Shown: positions 31,545-42,550 of the stretch, piece by piece
How positions within the stretch are numbered: the first letter of the stretch is position 1
Layout: each line of letters starts with the position of its first letter
Assembly (NCBI GenBank): GCA_053919585.1
Contig: JBSSHM010000333.1
DNA length: 55,933 nucleotides
Origin: Euprymna scolopes
Lineage: Eukaryota
Reading direction: 5' to 3' (one strand)
The notes under the pieces: model-generated
Database searches by the model: none
Told to the model about the DNA's origin: nothing
What the model saw: only the letters and a program-made list of their open reading frames with translations
Translations under genes and position numbers: made by a program

Positions 31545-33020
31545 ATGGCACAACTACACGAACTTACTGTCCAAGAACTTAGCGAAAAGCTAGCAAAAAA
31601 AGAAATCAGCAGCAAAGAACTCACCATACATTTTATCAACCGTACTGAACGCTTAGATGATAAAACTCGAGCTTATATCAGCATTAACCAAGATAATGCT
31701 TTAAAACAAGCCGAACAAGCTGATAAGCTTTTGGCTAAAGGAGATTGCCATATCATGACAGGTATTCCTATCGCATTGAAAGATATCTATTGTGTGGATG
31801 GTGGACGTACCACCTGTGCAAGCCGAATGCTGGAAAATTTCATTGCACCTTATCATGCAACAGTTACAGCTAAAATCCTATCTGCCAACATGCCTCTACT
31901 TGGCAAACTCAATATGGATGAATTTGCTATGGGGTCAACCACTAAAACCAGTTACTTTGGCTATACCCATAATCCATGGGATTTACAAGCTATTCCTGGT
32001 GGTTCATCTGGTGGGTCAGCCGCCGCCATTGCAGCAGGTTTAACCCCTCTATCAGTTGGCACAGATACAGGCGGCTCTATTCGTCAACCAGCATCATGCT
32101 GTGGTATTACAGGACTGAAACCAACTTATGGTGTGGTTTCTCGTTGGGGACAGATTGCTTTTGCATCCAGTCTGGATCAAGGTGGTCCGATGGCAAAAAG
32201 TGCGGTCGATTGTGCCTTTTTATTAGACGTCATTAGCGGTTACGATGAAAAAGACTCTACCTCAATTGAACAACCTGAAACTAGCACAACTAAACATTTA
32301 GAAGACTCCATTAAAGGATTAAAAATAGGCGTTCCTTATCATCTTTTTGAAGATAACAAAGAAGTTGTTGGAGAAGAAAACATTCAACACTTAAAACAAG
32401 CCATTGAACTCTACCAATCTCTGGGCTGTGAAATTATTGACATCACCATCAACAATTTAGATAGTGCTATTGCCGCATACTATATTATTGCCTCAGCTGA
32501 GGCATCATCAAACCTCTCTCGTTATGATGGCGTGCGTTATGGTTATCGTTGCGAAAACCCTGTAGATTTAACTGATTTATATAAACGAACACGCTCTGAA
32601 GGATTTGGTGAAGAAGTAAAAAGACGCTTAATGATAGGCACCTATGTGCTATCAGCTGGCTACTTTGACGCCTATTATTTACAAGCACAAAAAGTCCGAC
32701 AAATCATCACCAACGAATTTAAACAACTATTTTCACAAGTCAATACCATCCTGCTACCTACCAAGCCGGGATCGGCATTTAATCTTGATAGCAACGATCA
32801 AGATCCAGTCAGTATTTATATGGAAGATATATTTACTATTCCCATTAATCTTGCCGGTTTACCTGCCCTCTCTATGCCTATTGGATTTGATAACATAAAA
32901 AGACCTCTTGGTATGCAACTTATCGGTAACTATAAAGAAGAACACCTTCTACTTAACCTATCCCATCACTATCAAAAAGAGACTGATTGGCATAAGCAAA
33001 CACCTCCTAACTTTAGCTAA
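31545..33020 (+). CDS. gatA: Asp/Glu-tRNA amidotransferase subunit A
   Basis: Amidase signature PGGSSGGSAAA, DTGGSIRQPA, SSNLSRYDGVRYG. Confidence 0.98.
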   Translation: MAQLHELTVQELSEKLAKKEISSKELTIHFINRTERLDDKTRAYISINQDNALKQAEQADKLLAKGDCHIMTGIPIALKDIYCVDGGRTTCASRMLENFIAPYHATVTAKILSANMPLLGKLNMDEFAMGSTTKTSYFGYTHNPWDLQAIPGGSSGGSAAAIAAGLTPLSVGTDTGGSIRQPASCCGITGLKPTYGVVSRWGQIAFASSLDQGGPMAKSAVDCAFLLDVISGYDEKDSTSIEQPETSTTKHLEDSIKGLKIGVPYHLFEDNKEVVGEENIQHLKQAIELYQSLGCEIIDITINNLDSAIAAYYIIASAEASSNLSRYDGVRYGYRCENPVDLTDLYKRTRSEGFGEEVKRRLMIGTYVLSAGYFDAYYLQAQKVRQIITNEFKQLFSQVNTILLPTKPGSAFNLDSNDQDPVSIYMEDIFTIPINLAGLPALSMPIGFDNIKRPLGMQLIGNYKEEHLLLNLSHHYQKETDWHKQTPPNFS

Positions 33021-33077
33021 AAAGTTTAATTGAGTAAAAAAAACCATTATCACTTTTATCATAAACCATAATAAATC

Positions 33078-34514
33078 ATGACTCACTGGCAACCCGTTAT
33101 TGGCTTAGAAATTCACGCTCAATTAGCCACTAAAACAAAAATCTTTTCCCCAGCCTCTACTAAATTTGGCTCACCACCAAACACTCAAGCCTGTGCCATT
33201 GATTTAGGTTTACCCGGTGTACTTCCGGTATTAAACAAAGAAGCACTAAATATGGCAATTCAATTTGCTTTAGCCATTGAAGCAGAGATTGGTAAACGAT
33301 CCATTTTTGCCCGTAAAAACTACTTCTACCCTGACTTACCAAAAGGCTATCAGATCAGCCAGTACGAACACCCCATTGTTGGCAAAGGAAATATTTCCAT
33401 CACTTTAGCTGATAAAACTAACAAAATAGTGGGTATCACACGTGCACATCTAGAAGAAGACGCCGGCAAATCATTACATGAAAACTTCATTAACCAAAGT
33501 GGTATAGATCTAAACCGAGCAGGAACACCTTTGCTGGAAATTGTTTCCGAACCTGATCTGTTCTCTATTGAAGAGACCATTGCTTATGCTAAAAAAATAC
33601 ATGCCATTGTGCAATATCTACATATTTGTGATGGCAATATGCAAGAAGGATCTTTTCGTATGGATGCAAACATCTCCCTACACAAACAAAACGAACCACT
33701 TGGTACTCGAGCGGAAATCAAAAATATCAACTCATTCAAATTCTTAGAAAAGGCACTCGAATATGAAATAGAAAGACAAAGCGAGTTACTCGATAATGGT
33801 AAAGAAGTGATACAAGAAACACGCCTCTTTGACTCAGAAAAAGGAGAAACCCGTTCCATGCGTAGCAAAGAAGAAGCCAATGATTATCGTTATTTCCCTT
33901 GCCCAGATTTACTTCCTGTAGTCATCACTGAAAAAGATATTGATCAAGCAAGAAGTAACTTACCTGAACTCCCTGATGCACGTCGTGAACGCTTCCAAAA
34001 TGATTATGAACTCTCCCAATACGATGCTAACGTCCTCACTGCCTCACGTGAAATTGCTGATTTTTACGAACAAGTCTGTCAAGTTGTTGGCAATCATTAT
34101 AAAATTTGTGCTAACTGGGTCATGGGCGATTTTTCTGGCATGCTCAATCAAGATAACCTCTATATCCATGAAAGCCCCGTAAACTCCACACAACTTGGCA
34201 AACTTATTCAACGCATCACTGATAGCACCATCTCTGGAAAAATAGCCAAAGATATTTTTGAACACATGTGGGAAAATGGTGGAGATGTCGATCAAATCAT
34301 TGAACAAAAAGGACTCAAGCAAATCACCGATGTAGCAGCTATTGAAAAAATGGTTGATGAAGTCATCGCCAACAACCCTGAACAAGTTGCTGCCTACCTC
34401 AGCGGTAAAGACAAATTATTTGGCTTCTTTGTTGGACAAATCATGAAAGCCAGCCAAGGAAAAGCCAATCCTGCTGAAGTTAATAAACTCCTCAAACAAA
34501 AACTTATTCCTTGA
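33078..34514 (+). CDS. gatB: Asp/Glu-tRNA amidotransferase subunit B
   Basis: [26 protein letters not shown] and YRYFP motifs. Confidence 0.98.
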   Translation: MTHWQPVIGLEIHAQLATKTKIFSPASTKFGSPPNTQACAIDLGLPGVLPVLNKEALNMAIQFALAIEAEIGKRSIFARKNYFYPDLPKGYQISQYEHPIVGKGNISITLADKTNKIVGITRAHLEEDAGKSLHENFINQSGIDLNRAGTPLLEIVSEPDLFSIEETIAYAKKIHAIVQYLHICDGNMQEGSFRMDANISLHKQNEPLGTRAEIKNINSFKFLEKALEYEIERQSELLDNGKEVIQETRLFDSEKGETRSMRSKEEANDYRYFPCPDLLPVVITEKDIDQARSNLPELPDARRERFQNDYELSQYDANVLTASREIADFYEQVCQVVGNHYKICANWVMGDFSGMLNQDNLYIHESPVNSTQLGKLIQRITDSTISGKIAKDIFEHMWENGGDVDQIIEQKGLKQITDVAAIEKMVDEVIANNPEQVAAYLSGKDKLFGFFVGQIMKASQGKANPAEVNKLLKQKLIP

Positions 34515-34532
34515 TTAGCTATTGACTGCTTA

Positions 34533-36542
34533 ATGTACCGCCTAGACATTTTACTGCCACTAGCGGTAAACACACTAAGTTATCAAGCTGAATCACCCAT
34601 TCCTCAATTCTGTCGTGTTGCCGTTCCTCTTGGAAAAAAAATCAGAATAGGAATTGTTTATACATGCCAAAAAATAGACACAGGAAAACTCTCAAAAAAA
34701 GACACATTCAAGCTAAAAAATATTGCTGAGATAATTGATAAGCAACCTATCATTCCAGCAAAACTCATTCAACTGATACAATGGATGACAAACTATTATC
34801 ATCATTGGGATGGAATTATTTGGCAAACAGCCTTACCTAGACACTTTTGGACAAATAAAAAACCACCCACTGATGAGGAAATAAACCATGCCTCAAAACC
34901 AAGCAAAAATTTAACAAAAGCTCGCCAATTTCATGAACTCAACCCAGATCAGCAACACGCTATTGAACAGGTAATTAATCAACCACGAGGCTTTCATCCT
35001 TGGCTACTCAATGGAGTTACTGGAAGCGGAAAAACCGAAGTTTATCTACAACTCACCCAGCACTATATCAAACAAGGCAAGCACGTTCTTATTCTTATTC
35101 CAGAAATCTCACTCACTCAGCAAAATATTCAACGCTTTAATGAGCGATTTAATGATTTATTTGTCTATCATTCCGAACGCACCGCTAAAAAACGAGAAAT
35201 TACGTGGTATGCCGCCAAGCATGGAAAAGCACAAATCATTCTCGGCACACGCTCGGCAGTGTTTACTCCCTTAGATAACTTAGGTTTAATTATTGTTGAT
35301 GAAGAACACGATGACTCCTACCGTCAACACGATGGCGTACACTATTGTGCCCGTGATGTAGCGGTTATGCGTGCCAAACAAGAAGATATTCCTATTTTAC
35401 TTGGATCAGCCACTCCTTCATTTGAAAGCCTGCACAATGTTCACCAAAAACGCTACCAACAACTTTCTCTACCTAAGCGAGCCGGAGAAAGCCATTTTCC
35501 CAACATCCGTTTTATTGACATGCGTAAAAGACGCTCTGTGCTTAGCGATATACTCATTGATGAAATAACAAACAACCTAAAAAAAGAAGAACAAAGCATT
35601 CTGTTTCTCAATCGCCGTGGCTATTCCCCCGTATTAATCTGTCATTCCTGTGGTTGGATACCAGAATGTCATCACTGCCAACGCCCCCCAACTTACCATC
35701 GCAGAGGCAACCACTTACATTGCCATTTATGTGACTGGCGAGCACCTGCTCATTCTATCTGTCCTGCCTGTCATTCTGATGACTTAAGAACCCTTGGTGA
35801 AGGCACAGAAAAAATTGAAGAACTTATCTGTGAACAATTTCCTGAGGCACGTATTGCTCGCTTAGATCGAGACAGCACCAAACACAAAGGCAGTATGCAA
35901 ACCATCCTAAAACGCATGCACAATCATGAAATTGACATTCTCCTCGGCACACAAATGGTAAGCAAAGGACACGACATGCCCAATGTAACCCTAGTTGGTA
36001 TCATCAACACCGATCAAGGGCTACTCAGCCCCCATTACCGCACAGAAGAAAAACTCATTCAACTCATTACCCAAGTTACCGGACGTGCCGGTAGAGGAAA
36101 AAAACGTGGACAGGTACTCCTACAAACCCATCACCCTCAACACCCAACCCTACAAAATCTATTCCAATATGGCTACCTAAGAAGTGCTGAAATGCTGATG
36201 AATCAACGGAGAGAGAGCCATCTTCCTCCTTATTACCCACAAGCCCTACTTAGAGTTGAATGCCCCAATCAAAGCAAGGCAGAACAATTTATCAAACAAG
36301 CACATCAATTAGCTAATCACTACATTCAGCAACATCAGTTAAGTGATTTTATTATTCTCTACCCTGTGGTACCTGCTAGTATTGAACGCATCAATATCCA
36401 TTTTCGCATACAATTTCTCATCCACAGCAAAAAGAGACAACCCCTACATCAATTACTCAAACACATCATTTCCACCATCAAATACTGGCAACGCCCATCT
36501 AGACTACGCTGGTCTCTCCGTCTAGACCCCACAGAACTATAA
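34533..36542 (+). CDS. priA: Replication restart helicase PriA
   Basis: GVTGSGKTEVY, DEEHD, LNRRGY, four CxxC pairs, QVTGRAGR. Confidence 0.96.
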   Translation: MYRLDILLPLAVNTLSYQAESPIPQFCRVAVPLGKKIRIGIVYTCQKIDTGKLSKKDTFKLKNIAEIIDKQPIIPAKLIQLIQWMTNYYHHWDGIIWQTALPRHFWTNKKPPTDEEINHASKPSKNLTKARQFHELNPDQQHAIEQVINQPRGFHPWLLNGVTGSGKTEVYLQLTQHYIKQGKHVLILIPEISLTQQNIQRFNERFNDLFVYHSERTAKKREITWYAAKHGKAQIILGTRSAVFTPLDNLGLIIVDEEHDDSYRQHDGVHYCARDVAVMRAKQEDIPILLGSATPSFESLHNVHQKRYQQLSLPKRAGESHFPNIRFIDMRKRRSVLSDILIDEITNNLKKEEQSILFLNRRGYSPVLICHSCGWIPECHHCQRPPTYHRRGNHLHCHLCDWRAPAHSICPACHSDDLRTLGEGTEKIEELICEQFPEARIARLDRDSTKHKGSMQTILKRMHNHEIDILLGTQMVSKGHDMPNVTLVGIINTDQGLLSPHYRTEEKLIQLITQVTGRAGRGKKRGQVLLQTHHPQHPTLQNLFQYGYLRSAEMLMNQRRESHLPPYYPQALLRVECPNQSKAEQFIKQAHQLANHYIQQHQLSDFIILYPVVPASIERINIHFRIQFLIHSKKRQPLHQLLKHIISTIKYWQRPSRLRWSLRLDPTEL

Positions 36543-36561
36543 AAATATACAATATGATATT

Positions 36562-36708
36562 CGTAGAGACGCAATTCATTACGTCTTTAAGATTTATCGC
36601 GTTTTCATTTACCGCCTACGAACGAGAGACCAACAATACAAGAGACGCCATAAATGGACGTCTCTACGTTGGTTGTGATAGAAAATGCCAACAATGAGAC
36701 CTCTCTAC
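36562..36708. repeat. GTAG-type REP doublet (REPIN-like) copy 1, plus a degenerate extra REP
   Basis: Terminal inverted repeats CGTAGAGACG/CGTCTCTACG bound 36562-36668; a decayed unit ATAGAAAATGCCAACAATGAGACCTCTCTAC lies at 36678-36708. Confidence 0.85.
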
Positions 36709-36811
36709 AGAATACATTAATTCTAATGGTGAATGGTACATGGATTTTTTATATGCTATGTGTCGTATCACTTAAGCCTGATTGTCTACGTAGTAAAGGA
36801 ATGTACACAAC

Positions 36812-37033
36812 CTAATCAAACTTAGCATAGAATTGACAAGCCTCCTCTGATTTTAAATGACAAGCTTTAGCATATAATTTAGCCGCCTTCGAATAATTTT
36901 GTTCGACTCCATCACCAAGTTCATAGAGTATTCCCAAATTGGAAAACACCTCTACATTACCACCCTCACAAGATTTTTCTAATTCTTTGATAGAATTGCT
37001 TTCTGCATAAGCCACATAGGAAGATAGTAGCAT
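36812..37033 (-). CDS. Small Sel1-repeat protein (possibly degenerate)
   Basis: LGILYELGDGVEQNYSKAAKLYAKAC is a Sel1 repeat; signal-peptide-like N-terminus. Confidence 0.75.
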   Translation of the reverse strand: MLLSSYVAYAESNSIKELEKSCEGGNVEVFSNLGILYELGDGVEQNYSKAAKLYAKACHLKSEEACQFYAKFD

Positions 37034-37071
37034 TAACCATATAATGATTTTTTTATGTTAAATCACATGAT

Positions 37072-38382
37072 TTATAAATTCGTAGCAAGCATGGTGAAAG
37101 GGGATTCTTGCTTAGGTAAGATAAGTTGAGCATCTACCCCTCCTCCTTTAATCTCTTCAATGGGATGACCTTTATGATCTTGTAGATGATCAATCACATG
37201 AAAATAGTTACCATTCGGTGAAATAATCTCCACCTCATCACCCAAACGCATTTTATTTTTACTTAAAATCTTTGTGATGCCTGTTTGTGCTTCATAATCT
37301 ACCACTTCAGCACACACCCGTTGAATCCGATTACGTGAATGTGAGTCAATATAATTTTGATATTCTTGTGATTGATGACGTTGAAAGAAACCATCGGTAT
37401 ACCCCCTATTGGCAAGGTTTTCCAATGTACCTAATAAATTGGGATCAAATTCCCTACCCGCCACAGCATCATCAATGGCTTGACGATAAGTTTGTGCGGT
37501 GCGTGCTACATAATAACATGATTTGGTTCGCCCTTCAATTTTTACACAATCAATACCCATTTCTACCAATCTTGGAATGTGCTGTATGGCTCGCAAATCT
37601 TTTGAATTCATAATATAGGTACCATGATCATCTTCCTCAATGGGCATGTATTCACCTGGGCGATTGGCTTCCTCTAATAAATAGGGTTGTGAAACATTGA
37701 TTGAGTTAATTGGTTTGGGGGCAGTGATATCTTTAATATTCGTATCCACACCTGCCTCTCCTTGATCTTCATGAACGCTATAATTCCAACGGCAAGAGTT
37801 TGTACATGTCCCCTGATTAGGATCTCGATGATTGAAATAACCTGAAAGCAAACAACGCCCAGAATAAGCAATACACAATGCCCCATGCACAAATACTTCC
37901 AATTCCACATCAGGACACTGCTGACGAATTTCAGCAATCTCATCAAAAGAGAGTTCACGGGATAAAATTACCCGTTGGATACCCACTTGATTCCAAAACT
38001 TTACTGCTGCCCAATTCACCGCATTTGCCTGCACAGAAAGATGTATAGGCATCTCGGGAAAATTCTCTCGCACCAACATAATCAACCCTGCATCTGCCAT
38101 AATCAAGGCATCTGGCTTGAGCTTAATAATCTCACCAATATCATGCAAAAATGTTTTGATTTTCGAATTATGTGGCATCAAATTAATGGTTGCAAAAAAC
38201 TGCTTACCTTGTTGATGAGCCTCAGCAATACCAATGCGTAAATTATCAATACCAAATTCATTATTTCTTGCACGCAAAGAATAGCGAGGCGGTCCGGCAT
38301 ACACCGCATCTGCCCCATAAGCAAAGGCAAAACGCATGTGTTTTAAGCTCCCAGCAGGAAGAAGTAATTCAGGAGATTTCAT
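37072..38382 (-). CDS. trhP: U32-family tRNA hydroxylation protein TrhP (YegQ)
   Basis: PELLLPAG, HGALCIAYSGRCLLS, NQGTCTNSCRW and KIEGRTKS motifs. Confidence 0.93.
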   Translation of the reverse strand: MKSPELLLPAGSLKHMRFAFAYGADAVYAGPPRYSLRARNNEFGIDNLRIGIAEAHQQGKQFFATINLMPHNSKIKTFLHDIGEIIKLKPDALIMADAGLIMLVRENFPEMPIHLSVQANAVNWAAVKFWNQVGIQRVILSRELSFDEIAEIRQQCPDVELEVFVHGALCIAYSGRCLLSGYFNHRDPNQGTCTNSCRWNYSVHEDQGEAGVDTNIKDITAPKPINSINVSQPYLLEEANRPGEYMPIEEDDHGTYIMNSKDLRAIQHIPRLVEMGIDCVKIEGRTKSCYYVARTAQTYRQAIDDAVAGREFDPNLLGTLENLANRGYTDGFFQRHQSQEYQNYIDSHSRNRIQRVCAEVVDYEAQTGITKILSKNKMRLGDEVEIISPNGNYFHVIDHLQDHKGHPIEEIKGGGVDAQLILPKQESPFTMLATNL

Positions 38383-38449
38383 TGATTAAACAAATAGTTG
38401 TAAAATGTAATTAATCTTTTAATTTTAAATCAAATCATGTAGCAACTCA

Positions 38450-39709
38450 ATGAATAGCTCAATCACTCAACTGTGGCAAAATATTGCAGAAAATGCGGCT
38501 AATTCTTCGCAAATTATGCGAACATTATCAACGAAACAAAAAAATCAAACTCTTGTAGCATTAGCAAAAGAAATTGATAAAAAACGTGACTTCATTTTGC
38601 AAGAAAATCAAGTCGATCTCAATAATGGTAAAGCCAAGCAACTCAGTGCTGCTCTCTTAGATAGATTAAGTTTAGATAATGCCAAAATTGATCAAATGAT
38701 TGCTGGTATTCACCAAGTTATTGAGTTGCCTGACCCCGTTGGTGAAATAAGCAAGATGAGTTATCGTCCATCTGGCATTCAAGTAGGAAAAATGCGTTCA
38801 CCACTTGGGGTTATTGCCATCATCTATGAATCACGTCCAAATGTCACCATTGATGCCACTATTTTGTGTTTTAAATCAGGTAATACCTGTATTTTACGTG
38901 GTGGCTCTGAAGCGATACATTCCAACATTGCCATTTATCAATGCATTAAAAATACCTTGAATGATACAAATGTTCCTATACACGCTGTACAACTTTTAGA
39001 ACAAACCGACCGCTCCCTCATTCATATGATGGGGCAATCACCTGAGTATGTGGATGTCATTATTCCACGAGGTGGTGAAGGATTAATCCGTGCAGTATGT
39101 GAAAATAGCAAAGTTCCTGTAATGAAACACCTGCACGGAGTTTGTCACACTTATATAGAAAAAACAGCTGATTCAACCATGGCAGAAAATATTGCTTTTA
39201 ATGCAAAAACCCGTCGCTATGGCGTCTGTAATGCCATGGAAACACTATTAATCGACAAAGAAATTGCCCCAAACCTCCTCCCTTCACTGAGTAAACGCTA
39301 TCACGATAAAAACGTTGAACTACGAGGATGTGAACAAACCTGCAAGATTATTGACATCATCCCTGCCACTGAAGAAGACTGGCAAACTGAATATCTTGAT
39401 GCCATACTCTCCATTAAAATCATGGACAATAGCGATCAAGCAATTGCACACATTAATCATTATGGTTCAGCACACTCTGATGCCATTATTACCAATGATT
39501 TCCAGCAAGCTCAAAAATTCATGAAAGAAGTGGATTCTAGTTCGGTAATGGTGAATACCTCAACCGCCTTTGCTGATGGCTTTGAGTATGGACTTGGTGC
39601 TGAAATTGGTATCAGTACCGATAAGCTACACGCAAGAGGACCAATAGGATTAGAAGGTCTCACCAATGAGAAATACATTGTTATTGGGCAAGGAGAAACT
39701 CGCCCCTAA
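38450..39709 (+). CDS. proA: Gamma-glutamyl phosphate reductase
   Basis: IYESRPNV, IIPRGG, CNAMET and GAEIGISTDKLHARGP motifs. Confidence 0.97.
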   Translation: MNSSITQLWQNIAENAANSSQIMRTLSTKQKNQTLVALAKEIDKKRDFILQENQVDLNNGKAKQLSAALLDRLSLDNAKIDQMIAGIHQVIELPDPVGEISKMSYRPSGIQVGKMRSPLGVIAIIYESRPNVTIDATILCFKSGNTCILRGGSEAIHSNIAIYQCIKNTLNDTNVPIHAVQLLEQTDRSLIHMMGQSPEYVDVIIPRGGEGLIRAVCENSKVPVMKHLHGVCHTYIEKTADSTMAENIAFNAKTRRYGVCNAMETLLIDKEIAPNLLPSLSKRYHDKNVELRGCEQTCKIIDIIPATEEDWQTEYLDAILSIKIMDNSDQAIAHINHYGSAHSDAIITNDFQQAQKFMKEVDSSSVMVNTSTAFADGFEYGLGAEIGISTDKLHARGPIGLEGLTNEKYIVIGQGETRP

Positions 39710-39746
39710 AGATACACCAAACGAAACTGGCACAAAATAAATTGCT

Positions 39747-40343
39747 ATGATTCGAGCTTTTCTCGGAGGAAGTTTTAACCCCATTCATCAAGGACACATC
39801 CAATTAGCACTTGAAAGCATCCAATTGCTCAACCTCAACAGCATCACTCTCATTCCTTGCAAAGACAATCCCTTGAAAAAAATTGATACCACTGTGCAAA
39901 CACACGCTAGAATAGAGGCAATCGAACAAGCAATCCAACAACATGATTTTTTACAAGCAGACTATCGAGAAATACACTCTACTCAGGCACAATCTTTTAC
40001 CATTGATACCTTAAAATCTATTAAACAAGACTCTCTACAAGATACCCTTATATTTGTCATGGGAAGTGATGCATTCTATACTATTCATCTATGGAAAGAC
40101 TGGCAAGATATTCTGCAATACTGCCACTTGCTGATTTTTAATCGCTTAGGCTATCGGCAACCCTCATCCATTCCTTCTCCCTTACAATCATGGTTAGAAA
40201 ATTACGCTGTTTCTACCACCACCTTTATAGACAATCTCTCTCTCTCTAAAAATTCTCATCAACATGGGCAACTGTGTATTACCGATATGAAAGAACCTAT
40301 CAATCTTTCCTCATCACACATTCGCCAAACTGCCAAACCCTAA
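39747..40343 (+). CDS. nadD: Nicotinate-nucleotide adenylyltransferase
   Basis: GGSFNPIHQGH, MGSD and SSSHIR motifs; follows proA. Confidence 0.92.
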   Translation: MIRAFLGGSFNPIHQGHIQLALESIQLLNLNSITLIPCKDNPLKKIDTTVQTHARIEAIEQAIQQHDFLQADYREIHSTQAQSFTIDTLKSIKQDSLQDTLIFVMGSDAFYTIHLWKDWQDILQYCHLLIFNRLGYRQPSSIPSPLQSWLENYAVSTTTFIDNLSLSKNSHQHGQLCITDMKEPINLSSSHIRQTAKP

Positions 40344-40362
40344 CTTAACCTCTAATACAAAA

Positions 40363-40986
40363 ATGATGCAACACGGCGATCTCATCTTTTCTTTTATCGG
40401 TCCACCTGATAATGCCATCTCTGAGGTAACCAATGGATACCATGGTGCTCGCATTAACCATATTGGTATTCTCACCATAAATAATGATAATGGAAAAATT
40501 GACGTCTTAGAAGCAGTTGAACCTGAAGTAAAACTCACCTCTATCCAAGACTTTATGCAAGAATCTCAATTTAATCATCAATCTCCACGCTACATGCTCG
40601 GACGCCTCAAATCCCCCTACCGACATCTCATCCCCTCTGCCATTGAATATGGACTTAAACAACTCTCCGTGCCTTATAACACCCTCTATCTCGCAGATAA
40701 AGAGGCTCTTTATTGCAGTGAACTCATTGTCAATATGTTCCGTTTTGCTAATAACAATCAAGAGTTTTTTAAAACCATCCCAATGAATTTTCGAAATGAA
40801 AATGGACACTTGCTCAACCACTGGATAACACTCTATCAAAAACATAATATGAACGTCCCTGAATACGAAATTGGTTCAAATCCCGGAGAAATTAGCTTAG
40901 ATGAAAAAATTGAAATCTACCGTGTGCAAGGCAATATTCCCGGCTATCGTCCTCCTGCTAATGACCTCACCGACTCCACCTTGTAG
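40363..40986 (+). CDS. YiiX/YebB-like permuted NlpC/P60 cysteine hydrolase
   Basis: GDLIF, NHIGI (His), VLEA, PY and LYCSELI (Cys) in circularly permuted order. Confidence 0.85.
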   Translation: MMQHGDLIFSFIGPPDNAISEVTNGYHGARINHIGILTINNDNGKIDVLEAVEPEVKLTSIQDFMQESQFNHQSPRYMLGRLKSPYRHLIPSAIEYGLKQLSVPYNTLYLADKEALYCSELIVNMFRFANNNQEFFKTIPMNFRNENGHLLNHWITLYQKHNMNVPEYEIGSNPGEISLDEKIEIYRVQGNIPGYRPPANDLTDSTL

Positions 40987-41083
40987 AGACGCGATAAATC
41001 GCATCTCCAAGATTCATTGCGTTTTAATTTATCGCCTACGGAGACGTCCGATAATAAGAGACGCCAACAATGGACGTCTCTAC
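40983..41083. repeat. GTAG-type REP doublet (REPIN-like) copy 2
   Basis: GTAGAGACGCGATAAATCGCATCTC...AGAGACGCCAACAATGGACGTCTCTAC; colinear with copy 1. Confidence 0.88.
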
Positions 41084-41092
41084 TTTATTTGA

Positions 41093-42415
41093 TTAAACCA
41101 CCTTCACCCATGTTTTCATTCCTGATGCTTGGTGACCCAGCATATGGCAGTGGAAAAGCCACTTCCCTGGATTGTTGAAAACGCAAGCGATTTTTTGACT
41201 TTCGCCTGATTCCACTAACGTAGTATCTCGCCAAGGAGAAAGTTCCCCTTGTTTATTGAGTATTTGAAAATGATGACCGTGTAGATGAATGGCATGCGGA
41301 AATCGAGTATCATTAATGAGATCAATCACAGCAGTTTGGTTCTTTTTGAATTGGTGAAAAGGTTTTTTATGTATGCCAGCCACACCATTAAACATCCATG
41401 CCTTGCCATTGTTCACATCTTGCATACTAATCTTACCACTCATCGCTCCTCCCTCCATCACCATATCAAGGTTAGTAGCTTGCGAGATATTGGGAGAAAT
41501 CATTTTATTCGGCTCTAGGATAGGGATCGGTAATTTACTTTTTTTAGCTTTACCTTCAATAGCTAAGCTACCAATTTTTATGTTATTTTCTTCTGAATAC
41601 AGCACGGAAATTTCTTTGTTGCTACTCACATCAGCGATAATATCAACACGCTGAGCAGGTGAAATAATCAGTTTCTTAAGTGGTTCTGTTGTACTTAATG
41701 GCATGCCATCGTAGGCAACGATCTTGCCGCTTATTCCAGTTAACGCAATGGGGAATATTCTATCTGTTGCTACGTTAATCAAACGTAGTCTAATGCGTTG
41801 ATTTTGTTTAATTGGTGCATTATTACCACGAAAAAGTGCTTTGGCAAAATTACCCATCCTGCCACTATGTACTTGATCGTGCAAATTATCAAAATCACCT
41901 TCTTGCTTACCTTGAGCATTCAACCGCCAATCATCAATAAAGACAATGATATCATGATCCACCTTAGGAGGATTTTTTTCTTCCACAATTAATGCACCAT
42001 AAAGCCCACGTGCAACTTGCTCCAATGATCGATCGTGTGAATGATACCAATAAGTACCTGAATCAGGTGCAACAAAGTCATATAAAAATTCACCATTTGG
42101 TTTAACTGGAGCTTGAGTTAAATTGGGGACACCATCCATATTATTAGCTATTCTGATGCCGTGCCAATGTACGGAGGAATTCTGTGTGAGTTTATTTTTA
42201 AAGTTAGTCGTTACTTTTCCTCCTTTTTTTATGCGTATACTAGGCCCGGGTGTAGAGCCATTAAACCCCCAAAAATCAATTGCTGGACTATCTGGCAATA
42301 GCTGGCTTTTTACCGCTTCCGCACGAAGCTCCATGGCTTTGGCTGAAATAAGGGGTAGCTTAGAAAGAATGGGTAAAACAGCAATAGTTTTGATAAATTG
42401 ACGACGAGAAAACAT
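41093..42415 (-). CDS. Tat-exported multicopper oxidase
   Basis: SRRQFI Tat motif; Cu ligands HWHG, WYHSH, HAIHLHGH and HCHMLGHQASGM. Confidence 0.93.
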   Translation of the reverse strand: MFSRRQFIKTIAVLPILSKLPLISAKAMELRAEAVKSQLLPDSPAIDFWGFNGSTPGPSIRIKKGGKVTTNFKNKLTQNSSVHWHGIRIANNMDGVPNLTQAPVKPNGEFLYDFVAPDSGTYWYHSHDRSLEQVARGLYGALIVEEKNPPKVDHDIIVFIDDWRLNAQGKQEGDFDNLHDQVHSGRMGNFAKALFRGNNAPIKQNQRIRLRLINVATDRIFPIALTGISGKIVAYDGMPLSTTEPLKKLIISPAQRVDIIADVSSNKEISVLYSEENNIKIGSLAIEGKAKKSKLPIPILEPNKMISPNISQATNLDMVMEGGAMSGKISMQDVNNGKAWMFNGVAGIHKKPFHQFKKNQTAVIDLINDTRFPHAIHLHGHHFQILNKQGELSPWRDTTLVESGESQKIACVFNNPGKWLFHCHMLGHQASGMKTWVKVV

Positions 42416-42550
42416 AGCACATTTTTTATAGTTTTTAGAATTAGTTATTATTTTAATGGATACAGACGTTATCTTTACCTGCATCTTAAGAAGATTTTTC
42501 TAAGAAACAAGGACTCAATATCTCTTAACACCTTAACATATAGATGATTA

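Noticed and set aside
36562-41083. Composite transposon or integron attC cassettes between the two repeats
   Set aside because: The enclosed genes are core (trhP, proA, nadD), there is no transposase or integrase, and the termini are GTAG/CTAC, not RYYYAAC/GTTRRRY.
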